This document shows, one piece after another, positions 52,006 to 64,000 of a stretch of 64,000 bases of DNA. The notes beneath the pieces are model-generated. The model did not search any database and had not been told where the DNA came from. It saw only the letters and a list, made by a program, of their open reading frames with translations. The DNA comes from Asterias rubens (lineage: Eukaryota). The DNA is taken from assembly GCF_902459465.1 (NCBI RefSeq), contig NC_047062.1:28582001-28646000 (forward strand). The letters run 5' to 3'. The translations under genes and the position numbers were made by a program. The stretch's first letter is position 1, and every line of letters starts with the position of its first letter.

Positions 52006-53439
52006 TTACATGGTTTCGTCCTTTATCACTGATCTGTCTTCGGCAGAATTCCAACACGATGTATAGGTGCCCACATTCAAGGACCAATAATTAATTGCAA
52101 ATATGCGTAGTACGGTGAAGACACTGGGCTTATAAACCATCTTGCCCTTCACACCAAGATGACGAATCTTCTCTTCCAGTTCCTTCACCCCTTCCTTGTT
52201 GTTGAAATTATTAGTGTAGACACTAATAAAGTAAGCTGTTGCCCCCTTGTCTCTCGGCACTTTAGCGAACATACCGAGCTTCCCCTTCACTGTTGCTTGG
52301 GCAATCCTCACCCATTCCGCGTCATATTTTTCTCTTTCGAACGGTTTGTAAAAGAGAAGCCACGTACCCCGTAAACACCTTTAATGTAAGAAAGAGCGGA
52401 ACAACACACAATAATTTATTTTCAAACCATTCAGCATTTTCAAATTCATTTAAATCAATTGTTAGTATAATTTTTTTACTTTTCATTTTCAATGACACTG
52501 GACAGTATTTTTTAGAGAGAAAGAGGAGAAAAAAGTCCCCTGCCCGATAATTTCACTAGCTAAAGTAGCTATCATCTGGTTTCCTAGGTTTGTTACATTT
52601 CTTCTCTTTTTATTGTTATTATCTCACAATATTATTAGGACCGTTTATTTTGTGAAAAGTGTTTTAACTAATGTTGCAATCGTCACGACATCAATTCAAT
52701 CTTTGCTTGGCCTCTATATTTTTTGGTGATTACAGGTTTTTTGTTTTTCAATTTTTGATTGCAATAATATTTTTTCTTTTAGAGAACAATTGCCTTATGA
52801 TAAGAATTCATCTTACTTGTGAGCCAAAGCCAATTCTTTGATAGTGCAGAAGTTTACTCGGTTGGTGGGTGTACGTTTCAATTCTTCCCAGTCAGTTATC
52901 AAGCTTTCCTTATCTCCAAGTGCTTCATCTTCAACATAGCTTGGCGACAAAACTCTTGCTTCTTCAACACCTGCAGGCCTGGAAAATTCATTGGCATTTC
53001 AAAGGAGTGGCAAAGTACAGTTATATTTAAAAGAGCACATGCTTTTATGAATAACAAATAACCTACAAAACATCAAATAGATATAGCTTCAATCTTTTAA
53101 ATTTTTACCGCACAATTTCATTTAAACGCGAGTTTCACAACTTTGGCACCTTTTAACATTAATTTCTTACTAACAATTTGCAATTTGTTTTACGGTAATT
53201 GAAGTTAATCGCAAATGATGTTAGGGCCCGGGGATGGGATAAAATGTACTAAATTGGTTGACTACTAATTCTCACCACTCAAACTTTGAAGGCACGATGC
53301 TTTCCAGAAAAAAATCAAGCCGGCGTTGTTGTTCGCTCTGATCATCTGGGTAGTCCCGAGGATTGAAGGCATACCGTTCCACTGTGCGCCAACCCTTATA
53401 GTCTTCCACTGACCTAAAGTCAGAAAGTTTGAGCTCCAT
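52006..53439 (-). CDS. C11orf68: C11orf68-like paralog 6; exons 53439-53276, 52978-52817, 52378-52006; at least 232 aa; probable upstream exon with donor CCAAG|GTAGGT at 54475
   Basis: 164+162+373=699 nt in frame, canonical splice sites. Recent tandem duplicate of paralog 5. Confidence 0.82.
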
Positions 53440-54570
53440 GTGTTGTGTGGAAGTACTGAAAGCTGGAAACTGAACGGCAAGATAAGACAAGATTGTTTAT
53501 CCCACTGTCTTTATCTGCAAGGATACAGACAGACTAGGTATGCTTTTCAGAACCAGTGATTTCATTGGATACCATGATTGGATAAAGTAAACGTGCAGTG
53601 ACGTAAGCTTTGCATAATGTCTGTGTTGATTGGTCTAAGGTGATGTGGGTGCAGCTGACAACCATCGCATCGGACCAATCAAAACACAGATATGAAAAGC
53701 TTACTTTCGGTTGTCCATGTAGTGTCCACGAGTGTATTAGCGAGGTTTAGCTGTTACGCGAGCAAAAACGTGACCGTTAACACCACAAAACTGTGTCATT
53801 TCTAGGTTTTATTTCTCGGGTTTATTTCATGTTCACGTATGACGTCTGCACGTACGTACGTACCTGACGTTAAAATGGTTACTTCACGAAGGCTTAAAAC
53901 GTGCGATTTTTACAACATTTTTTGACGTTCACGTTTACGTTTTTGCTCGCGTAACGTGCAGCTAAACCTCTCTATTATACAAGAGTGCGAATCTCCATGT
54001 GAAATAAGCGAAAGGTGAATGATATGGGGATTGACGTAGGCTAGAGGCCACTCTTTGGCGTTATTCAGGAACCTCAAAATGTGACGTCAAATGTTTCAAC
54101 ATCTTGGTGCAACTGAATGCAGAACCACCTCAAGCTCATCTATGCTCCAAAAAGTTTGCATCTACCTTAGATTAGTACAAGTAGCTAGCTATGTATACCT
54201 TTATAAGGTAAAGGGATTCGGTGTTGTGATAATGCGTTACTTCATTTTGGAAACTGGAGCCACCCTTTTTTATGTAAACAAGTTATTTATATTAGGATGC
54301 GTAGTACTAGTAGGCCTACAATTTTATTTGTGCGTTTTTCCTGTAGCCGCCTGTCTGAACATAAAACAATGCGGATGAGGCATAGTCTCTGTTTAAACAT
54401 ATTTTTATTTACACATAATCACTCTTAAATCAAGTAGCAGAACAATATTATTAGGCTTTAATTGCACAACCTACCTTGGATTTTAGCTGTCCGTATAACG
54501 CTGTCTGGAGTACTGTTTTGGGGGTGTGTACGTGTGTCTCTTTCTCTTCTGAGCCTTTATTCAAGGCGCA

Positions 54571-55165
54571 CGCGGCGGCAGCTCCCCAAAAGTCACGCAC
54601 AAAAAAAAGTACGCCGCTCGCACTGGTCTTTTTCGTAGTGACATTTTTGGGGCCGTGTGACATCTGAAAGATGTCGCGTGCGCCTTGACTAAAGGCTACT
54701 ATACTACTACATGTACACGGCCAACCCCGGAAGGCAACTAGCCTCCAATACAAGCTCCGCGTTAACACCACACCGGCCGCATTTTTCCCTGTGGAATTGC
54801 CATCCTCAATTAATGATTTTTTTTTTAGGATTCCCTTTTTTTCAGTCGATTTAGAATAAACAAACCCACTTGAAAAAGCACTTTTACATACGACAGTGTA
54901 AATTTTCATCAAAATCATCCACTTCACAATTTTTTGTCACTGGGTGGCGCTGTAATAATGTTGACAACGTGTGATCGAAACAAAAAGGAGAGTACGGATT
55001 TTTTATGTCTGTCTAAATATCCGTCTATCCTAGACTATTCTTGTTCAATATACATGCATCATACGCATGTTATCTTTTGATATAGAAGCAAACTGATCCA
55101 AGCGTGTAAACCCACATGACGTACTGCACAGCCTTCATAAAGTAACCAAGAACATTGTCAACAAA
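54571..55165. promoter_or_regulatory. Candidate bidirectional promoter between paralog 6 (-) and SCCPDH (+)
   Basis: About 600 bp between divergently oriented 5' ends, CpG-richer than the flanks and with no recognisable repeat. TSSs are not demonstrated. Confidence 0.45.
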
Positions 55166-58100
55166 ATGGTGACTTCTTCAGCTTCTTCAAGCGACGGTCG
55201 CGCCTTTGGTGTAATCGTGTTTGGTGCAAGTGGATTTACCGGTCAGTTTGTGGTGCAAGAGTTAGCCAGAGTGAGCGATGAAGAGCCGGGTCTGACTTGG
55301 GCCATAGCTGGTAGAAACCAGGACAAACTTCAAGCGGTATTGAAGGAGGCTGAGAAAGTCACAGGTTAGCCTATCGTTAAATGATTAATAACAACCAACA
55401 TGCACTGCCACTGGGGAAAAACAGCTCAGTTTGAGCATGCCAAAGATGCCGGCTCCTCTTTGTTCATAATAAACAAAGATTGGCTCGAGATTAGTTGCGA
55501 TGAATAACGTAATCTCCTCTCGCCGTCGGCAGGAGGGTTACGTTTATCGCAACTAGCTCGAGATGAGCTCACATGTTAGTCAAAATTGAGCCAGTAGTAC
55601 TAGTACTAGTAGTAGTAGTGGCTCAATTTGACTGAGCCAGTCTTGGCTCATGTGAACCAATCATCACTCTGGGGACACTGATCATGGCTCATCTTGACTT
55701 GAGCCAATCTTTTATTGAGCCATTTGTGAACAGAGGAACCCACATTTTTGGCTGTGAAGTCAAACTCAAACCATGGAGGTACACTGAGCCGTATTTGGAA
55801 AAGTTTCCGTATGGCATGGCGCCACCACTTTTTCATTCGATATGAAATAATCTAGCACAGTGTGTATCTAATTTACCTCAATGAGATATATCCCATTTTG
55901 TAAAAATGAGTAAAAAAGTTGTGGCGTTAGCCGTTATCCCCATATTTTTCCCAAGTGTTTACGTGGCATCATGGTTTATCGCGGTTCAGAACCGCAATGC
56001 ATTGTGGGTAGGCAGAGAGGGCATTGACGTGTTCGACGACTTTATGTATGTTGTGATGCTATATATTTGTGTTGCGCTCACAGCACGCTCTTTCTTGTTA
56101 ATTATGGTCAAAATGCGCGCGACCGCCGATATTCAAATGACCATTTGGTCATAATTGGTTGAATTTGGTGCCTTTGGAGAGGCAATTGCAAAAGCTTTCC
56201 AAATCTGCCATTACTTTTTTGTAGGAACATGTTTAGGGCTGATAACCTTCTGATCTCTACTTTGACCTTGAATTTGACCTTGTGGATCACGTGATCTGGA
56301 GATGGATTTCTTTGAAAACTTTCCTCCATATGTTTCTCCACAATATAAAAAAGATTTATACATGTAGGCCTAGTATTTTGTTGCTTGTTTTCAAGCTCAA
56401 AGTTGCCATACTTGGCAAAACTATGATAATATTCCTACATGCAAAGTAAATTACACGTATCATGATTGCATGATTGTATTGCATACAGAGTCAGCATGTT
56501 TCTACACTACAGGAAATACTTTTCAAACAGAACATTTTAAATTGAAAGAAAAGTTGGCTTGTTGAAGTGCAAGTTTTATCCTTTTTTCTGTCATTTCATT
56601 CATACACTGTACAATTCTTATGTAGAAATAAAATGAGCAATTTTGATTTCAAAATTCTGGCTGAAGCAAGAACAAGTTCACATGTCTGGATTTAACAAGA
56701 AGCCAATCAGTCCATGGTTTCTATTGCCCTGGTCTCGTCCTTTAAAAGTTTTCTAAAGAAAGTGCCCTTAGCACAAATGGCCTTGCCCTCTCCAGGATGA
56801 AGTTCCAGGCCTGCGTTCAAATCATGAGTCACGTCAAGGACAAGCAGCTCTAGTTATTTTGTTTATTATTTGCTTTAAAACAACAGGCCTTGAATTACAT
56901 GGAGGCCATGACATCCATTGCCTTGGCCTTGGTGCCCCTTCAAAAGTTTCACATAGACTTTAAGATTTTCCAATGGATGTGCCCTTTTCAAAATGAAAAT
57001 GGCTTTGCCCTCTCAAAGATGAAATTCCAGGCTTGTAACAATTTTGTATACTAGCGCTTTTGTTTTTGTTACCTTTCTATTTCTCATGTTGAATTATTTT
57101 TTTAAAAAGAGTATGGAATAAACGTCATATTAAATTGAATTTAATTGAGTTTAGATCTTTGATTTGGCTCTGTTTCTGCAGGTAAAGATTTAAAGGATGT
57201 GGGTGTACTGATTGCTAATGTTAACGATCACCAATCCATGGATAATATGTGTGCCCAAGGCAAAGTGTTGCTCAACTGTGTAGGACCGGTGAGTGTTCAA
57301 CCATCTAGGAAGTCAAATAACATTTACAATTGTTGCACGCTGTGACGGGATCCATTGCGTTTTGTACACCCGAGGGGGAAAAGGGCACCCAAAGCGAAGC
57401 CGAGGGTGCCATTTGCCACCGAGGGTGTACAAAACCCATGGACCCCAGTCACAGCGTGCAACAATTGTTTTGTTATACCTTGGTAACATTGTTATTCCTC
57501 TTCTCAAAGTTCTGTTGTCATCTTCAAACTTTATTAAGACGGAGCAATGCATAGTTCAATCATGGTTTAATAAGCAGACGAACGGTTCAAACAAGGAACA
57601 ATTCTTCACCTGTTGATTGACCCAGCGTGTGTTTCGCACAGCGCTTAAAATCGACCAACAGCGGGAACGATCAAGGTGATGTACACTGGTGTACATCACT
57701 TTTCATGTTACCCGGCGCGCTGTGCATTACGCGTAGCGCGCATCATTAGCCATGATACATGCATATTTGTTGCACGGCACGTGATTGGTTCTCGTCCAAT
57801 CAAACTTCACAATTTGCACAGAGGTATAACAATAAATTTTGATGTTTTGTTAAAGAACAGGGGGCTGCATGATACTTCACAGAGCAACGCAGTCAATTAC
57901 CTCCATGCCCCCTGGTCATTGCCTTGGGGTCCTTGAAATACTCCAGTAGAAATTTACAATTTCCTCATAGGGTGCCCTTTACCAAGAAGAAAATGACTTT
58001 GTGGTTTTACCAATGACCAAAAATGAAGCATTCTTGACTTTCAATAATATTTAATCAAAACAACCTTGACTGGAACATTTTGACCAACACAAAATTCCAT

Positions 58101-60250
58101 CTTGGAATGTAAAGATGCATACAAGATGTATCAAATGTTTCACTGAAATAATTTTACAATTGCATGTTGCCGTCACGTGTCACGTTTGATACAACACACC
58201 TGTTCACAATACAAAATGTACAATAGTAAATATGAGACCAAAAGGTTGTATTTTTTTCCCCCCAGAAATTTAGCTGTTATTGTTTATCATTTGTATATTA
58301 TTTTCCTTGGGGCTTGGATCTATTTAAAATAAAAATAAAAATAATAAAAAAAAGTAAATCAAGATGTTCACAGTTAAATCATTAAAGGTTTAGTAATTTC
58401 AAGTTGCATTGCCCGATTTGCAACAAAAGCACTTTTTTTTTCTTTTTCTTTTTCTCTCTGAATGAATTTTCATAGATGAAGCGGTTTCAAAATCAAAAAC
58501 ATACGTACACAAATTGTCAATAATGCCTTGCACTGAGCCACGATCAAAGCACAAGGAACAGTAACATGCAAATTATATGGCAAAAAAAGGCAATAGGCCT
58601 AATCTTTTTTTTTCTAGTCATCAAATTGTGTGATTTTTTTTTAGACAAAATGAAAAATTATGTAATTCTTGAATCTACAATGTTCATGCAGATAATATAA
58701 TGCAGATAATATTTCACTACTCAAAATGAAAAGGTAATATTATTAATCTAATCATTGAAAGACAGCTCAGTTATCAAGTTGATATAAATTTCTTTTCCTC
58801 AGCGTGATAGCATTGATAATCAATGATCTATTCAAGTGATAGTCTATGGTCTAGACAATGATGTCATTTCATTGTACCTTGTACCTGTACAAAAACATAG
58901 CATGACATTCATGATGCATAATTTACATACATGTAGCTATAAGTACTTGTACGTGATATACGGGTGTGTTATGTTAATGAATGACACATTTTGTTCCAGT
59001 GTAAAATGATTGAGAATCTAAAATAAGCAGTTCCCACTGTCAGGGCCCATTTTCATTTAATTGCTTTATAATAAGCACTAAAAGTAGCTTAGCACAATAA
59101 CATTGTGCTTACATGAAAAAGGTTAGCAGCCCAACTATCATACAGTTTGTGACTTGAAACCTGCTCATTTCTGCCTAGCAGAAAATTATTTAAAGCAGTA
59201 TTGTCCACTTTAAGCGACTCGGCCCTGGTGTAGCACAAGATTCCCTTTTAATTAGTTTTTTGTTTATTGATTTGGGATTAAACAAAGACAAACATGACTA
59301 GAGTGGGATTTGAACCAACAACCTCTGGGTTAACAGGCCAGTGCTCTACAAACTGAACTAGCCATCTACCGTAGCCTTATGTTGGTGGTCTCCCTATTTT
59401 GTCAATCTTTTTTTAGGGTGCCGATTGTCTATTGCTACATTCCCTGGTTTTTTTTTCAGAATAGAGTGAGATGTGACTACATTAATGCCCAAGTTTTACG
59501 TACATTTCTGTATTGTGTTTAAAGCCATTGGACACTTTCTGAACAGAGCAAAAATTAAAAGTTCACAGATTTACAAATAACTTACAGGGTTTACAGAAGG
59601 TAATGGTAAAAGACTTCCCTTGAAATCCTATTTCATGAAATGCTTTATTTTTTGAGAAAACATAAAAAACAATTATCAATTCTCGATATCGAGAATAACA
59701 GACTTATTTTAAACACATGTCAAGACACGGCGAAACAGGTGGAAACAAGGATGGGTTTTCCCGTTATTTTCTCCCGACTCCGATGACCGATTGAGCCTAA
59801 ATTTTCTCAGGTTTGTTATTTTATATATCAGTTGTGATACACCAAGTGTGGGACAATACTGTTTACCGATGTTGTGCGATTGCTTTTATAGATGATTCCA
59901 TAAGCCATTTTGAGATATGGTGAACCCAATACTATGCCACTACATGTATTAGGCTTGGATAAATCTGTCTGTATGACACCCAAATGAAACAGTGCACACC
60001 TATAGTGTCCACCATCTCAAAAACGCTAAAGCCTATATTATAGTAGATGTACATGTAGAGGATGTATGTTTTTAAAGTCCTTCACTCCAAAACTAAATAG
60101 CCTTGTTTGGTGACACAATCTTCTTATTATTGTTTTTAAAAGATACCAATGTATGTTTTTTCTCCACAGTATCGATTCTATGGTGAACAGGTAGTCAGGG
60201 CTTGTGTAGAGAATGGCTGTCATCATGTCGACATAAGTGGTGAACCTCAG
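55166..60250 (+). CDS. SCCPDH: Saccharopine dehydrogenase-like oxidoreductase, first three exons: 55166-55364, 57182-57288, 60170-60250; continues beyond the window
   Basis: Rossmann motif VIVFGASGFTG..WAIAGRN, then LLNCVGP|YRFYGEQVVRACVENGCHHVDISGEPQ. GT-AG introns in phases 1 and 0 join in frame. Confidence 0.93.
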
Positions 60251-60781
60251 GTAATTGTTAAACTCAGTCTATAACATTGGTATGACCAGGGGTTATTATA
60301 AAATAACAATACAAAGTCTTATAAAGCGTACGTATCTACCGACAAGCTACTCAAGGCACTTAGTATGTATACATTTTACAGAAAGATAGGTTATTGATGA
60401 ATTCTGAGACCCAATTATGTAGCACCTTACAGGGTGTCTCAAAAAAAAGATTAGATACACTTTTGAAATGGCTAATTCTGGTGGAAAAGGTTTATGTATG
60501 GACAGCTTATTGTATGGACTCAACTTTCATACATGTATGACACAAAAAAGTCTGAAAATAATTCATGCCTGGGTGGGCACTGCTCACTTTTTAAAGGGTA
60601 TGAAAATTAGGTTGCGTAGGAATTAGCCATCCAATTTGTGAGAGGTAGGTCCTTTGGAGCTTACAAAATTGAGTGTGATATGATAAATTCATGATGAATA
60701 GCCCAATTGCGCTCCGCCATTGTCCGCGCGTCACCTGACCTATAGTGGGTATTGGATGTAAACAAACACGGCGTACTGCAT

Positions 60782-61140
60782 TAAGCTTGGGCGATACCAC
60801 GATGTTATCGAATATCGCGATACTAATTTGGAAACGATTTTGATATCGGATCAATTTGGTTTTAATCGAAATATCGATATATCGCGATGTCGATTAAGTA
60901 TCGCAATATCGCGATGTATTTGCTAGCTGAGACATCTTGCACCCCATAGGTTTGGAGTAAAACCAGAAGAATAGGTCATTAGAACACCTCTCTTAAGCTA
61001 TGACTGTCTTTTCTACAACTTTCACTGGGAGTTTGAAGACTGATGATGTCAAATTTAATTAATCGCGATTATATCAAATATCGCGAGATATTGTCGGCGA
61101 TATATCGTGATTAAAATAAATCGATATTGCCCAAGCTTAT
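60782..61140. mobile_element. CG-rich palindromic MITE in the SCCPDH intron
   Basis: TIRs taagcttgggcgata / gatattgcccaagctta, many internal atatcgcgat motifs. Confidence 0.65.
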
Positions 61141-62786
61141 ACTGCAGATAAACGTGCGTTAAAAAGACATGATTACTGTTGCAATTTTTGGCTCAAAAAA
61201 GGACTAAATTCTCGAAATCACTGAAGAATATTCTGGAGTTTGTAACATAAGACCTTACCGGTGGCTGAACAATGCCAGTATGGGTTCCACCAAACAGGAA
61301 ATTTCAAGAGAATTTTCACACGATGTCATGTGTTTGTGCACGGAAAGTGTGGTTTTATTCTCAAAAGAAACCTCTTTTGTAGTAGAATACTGGAAACATC
61401 AAACAGCAAATGTCACAATATTCAACTTTATAAAAAGGGCTCCGTTTTTAGTTATATAAGTGTAATTATTTATTGAAAATACAGCCAATTATGGTCCATC
61501 GGTACGAGTTTTCCCATGTCTTTAGGTCACGTGATCACATGTAAACATTGGTAGCGCAATCGGTCTATTGCAACCACTATGGGTTTGCTGAGTGAATTTT
61601 ATGGTTTATTAAACCAAACTGCATGAGTGAACAGGAATTGCATTTTTGTATTGCAGCATTGTAACTTTCCCTGGTAGACTCAGTGGTGTGTTCATGGGAG
61701 TCAGGATGGAGTGACGGTACATGTTGCAATTTCCATGTTGCAAACTGTTATTTTTTACATGTGACTTTGAATAAAAACATTCACCCACATTTCAGTTATT
61801 GGAAGATTAGTTGAACATCTCATTGATTTACTTAATAACCAGATGGGGATTATGTAAATTTATTATTCAAATACGGTTTGTTGAAAAAAGGAATTTCACA
61901 GATGTTGGCTACTTATTCTTCAGGTTACCCATTGACCTGAAGAATAAGTAGCCAACATCTTGGATTGAATTTTCTAAGCTCCAAAGGACATACACTGTAC
62001 CTCTTACAAATTGGAAGGCTAATTACTGCGCAACCTAATTTTCATACCCTTTACAAAAGTGAGCAGTGCTCACCTAAGCATGAATTATTTTCGGTTTTGT
62101 TTGGTGTCATATGAAAGTTGAGCCCATAAGTTATCCAAACATATAAACATTTTCCCCCAGAACCATATATTTTTTATTCGGCAGCCATCTCAAAAGTGTG
62201 TAGTTTTTTTTAGACACACAGTATAAGGGTTTACAAGGTTCTACGGCACATTCAGCAGCCATAGCCAGGAACACCGGGCCGAACCCCTTTTTGATAAGTG
62301 CACTGGGTTCTTTTACAAGCATTACACAACACATGGGACCAACGGCTTCACGTCCCATCCGAAGGACGAATCAATGGTTAAGTACCTTGCTTAAGGACAC
62401 AAGTGTCACGGCTTGGGATTCAAACCCACACTCTGCTGATCAGAAACACCAGAGTTTGAATTCGGTGCTCTTAACCGCTCGGCCACAACACTTCCAGTTA
62501 TGAGCACCGGACTCAAGCTCAGGGCCAAATTTCATAGTGCTGCTTAACGGTAAGCAAATTTTTGTGCTAAGTGAATACTGCATCAGAAAAATTTGCTAAG
62601 GTGTAAGCTTATTTCACACGTTAGCAAGAAAATTAGGCGGCCATCTCCCGTGTTCACCATGGATTTGCATTGTGACCTCATTTATTTTCGTGCAGTAAGC
62701 ACCGGAAGATTAGCATGCCTTTTCATGTGGTTACGGTAAGCATCGCTATGAAATGGAAATTGTACAGTAAGGACGAAATCAGGCGT

Positions 62787-63134
62787 TAAAGCCATTGGAC
62801 ACTTTCGGTAAACAGTATTGTCCAAGGCCCACACTTCGTGTATCACAACTTCTATATCAAATAACAAACCTGTGAACATTTCGGGAGAAAATAACGGGAA
62901 AACCCACACTTGTTTCCGCACATTTCGCCGTGTCATGACATGTGTTTAAAATAAATATGAATTCTCGATATCGAGAATTGATATTGTTTTAATGTTTTCT
63001 CAAAAAGTAAAGCATTTCATTGAATAATATTTCAAGAGAAGTCTTTCACCACTGCCTTCTGTAAACCCTGTAAGTTATTTGTAAATCTGTGAACTTTTTT
63101 TTTTTTCCTGTACCGAAAGTGTCCAATGGCTTTA
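62787..63134. mobile_element. MITE family with TIR TAAAGCCATTGGACACTTTC; other copies 19177-19547 and about 59520-59880
   Basis: TIRs taaagccattggacactttcggta / taccgaaagtgtccaatggcttta, three homologous copies. Confidence 0.8.
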
Positions 63135-64000
63135 AGCAGCACTATGAAATTGGGCCCTGGTGTTTCTGACCAGCAGAGTGTACTGTTTAGGTTTGAGTTC
63201 CAGTAGTGACACTTTTGTGCTTGAGCAAGATACATTTACCATAATTGCTATTGTACACGGATAGTAGTGAATGTAAAAGAAACCAGAACACTTTATCGTG
63301 GAAGAGTAGGGGTTAACCCTGTTGTGTTTCTGGTTCACATACATGTACATGTACACGTAGCAAGTACCCTTGTTTACAGGTTTCTTTAGGTTTGTTAGCT
63401 AAAGGGATTAAAGTTCACCTAAATTAGGGCCACTGATTTTCCGTTTCAGAAAAGTGCAAATTCCGTTTGGCAAAAACATGAATTCCGTTTCAGGCACAAA
63501 AAATTCCGTTTCATGTTTTTTTAATTAAATAAAAGGTTGTTTAATACCCAGGGACACACTTATAAAAATCAATTTGAGATAAGTTGCACTGTTGACTTCG
63601 TAAAATGTTCATTTGAACTGACAAATTTCAAAAAAATACTTTTTTTTATAATTGTGGATTATTTTGTATACTGCTGTTCTAAAAAGGTTGCACTGTGACT
63701 GCAGTATCAATGCACATGATGTGATAGACTTGATTCCAAGTCTAAAACTGCAGTTGATTCTCTGCATCAGCCACATTGTAGGCTAATGACAGGAGTGTAT
63801 CCACAAGAGGGCGCTGTTTCAGCATGATCAAAGACTTGGGAACAAGTCTATGGACGTGACCATTCTCCATCCACAAACAAAATGTCAGCCATTTTGTTTT
63901 CGCTTTGGCGACAGAATGTTGACAGTTTACGGTTTTGTTTTAGACCTTTCCGAGATGAAAAAACATTGTATGTGTTCTTATAGATCATAGGTAAGCTAGT

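Larger units (their letters stand above)
46994..54571. repeat. Direct tandem duplication: unit A 46994-50850, unit B 50851-54571, each carrying one paralog
   Basis: Colinear high identity, junction aggcgcac|ctgcgcaatg at 50850/50851. Unit B has a deletion of about 150 bp in an intron. Confidence 0.9.

Overview
AT-rich, repeat-dense eukaryotic (metazoan) genomic DNA with two assembly gaps (4055-4554, 24949-25259). The repeat landscape suggests a marine invertebrate, possibly an echinoderm; that is an impression, not a demonstration. The main content is a minus-strand tandem array of spliced C11orf68/UPF0696 (BLES03, DUF1917, eIF4E-like fold) paralogs. There are six gene-length copies (one frameshifted), one truncated relic, and first exons of a further copy that probably continues left of the window. 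Copies 0-3 begin with an 86-nt exon encoding a close match to the CRM1-type nuclear export signal consensus; I found no such exon for copies 4-6. No copy keeps the KPDxYT motif of human C11orf68 as I recall it, and only one keeps GKW. The array lies head-to-head with a plus-strand SCCPDH gene (first three exons in the window). The rest is MITEs, tRNA-derived SINEs, a CACTA-like element, a Helentron/DINE-like element, a DIRS-like relic, minisatellites and a recurrent CRE/CCAAT-rich module. All alignments and counts were done by hand; no database searches were run.
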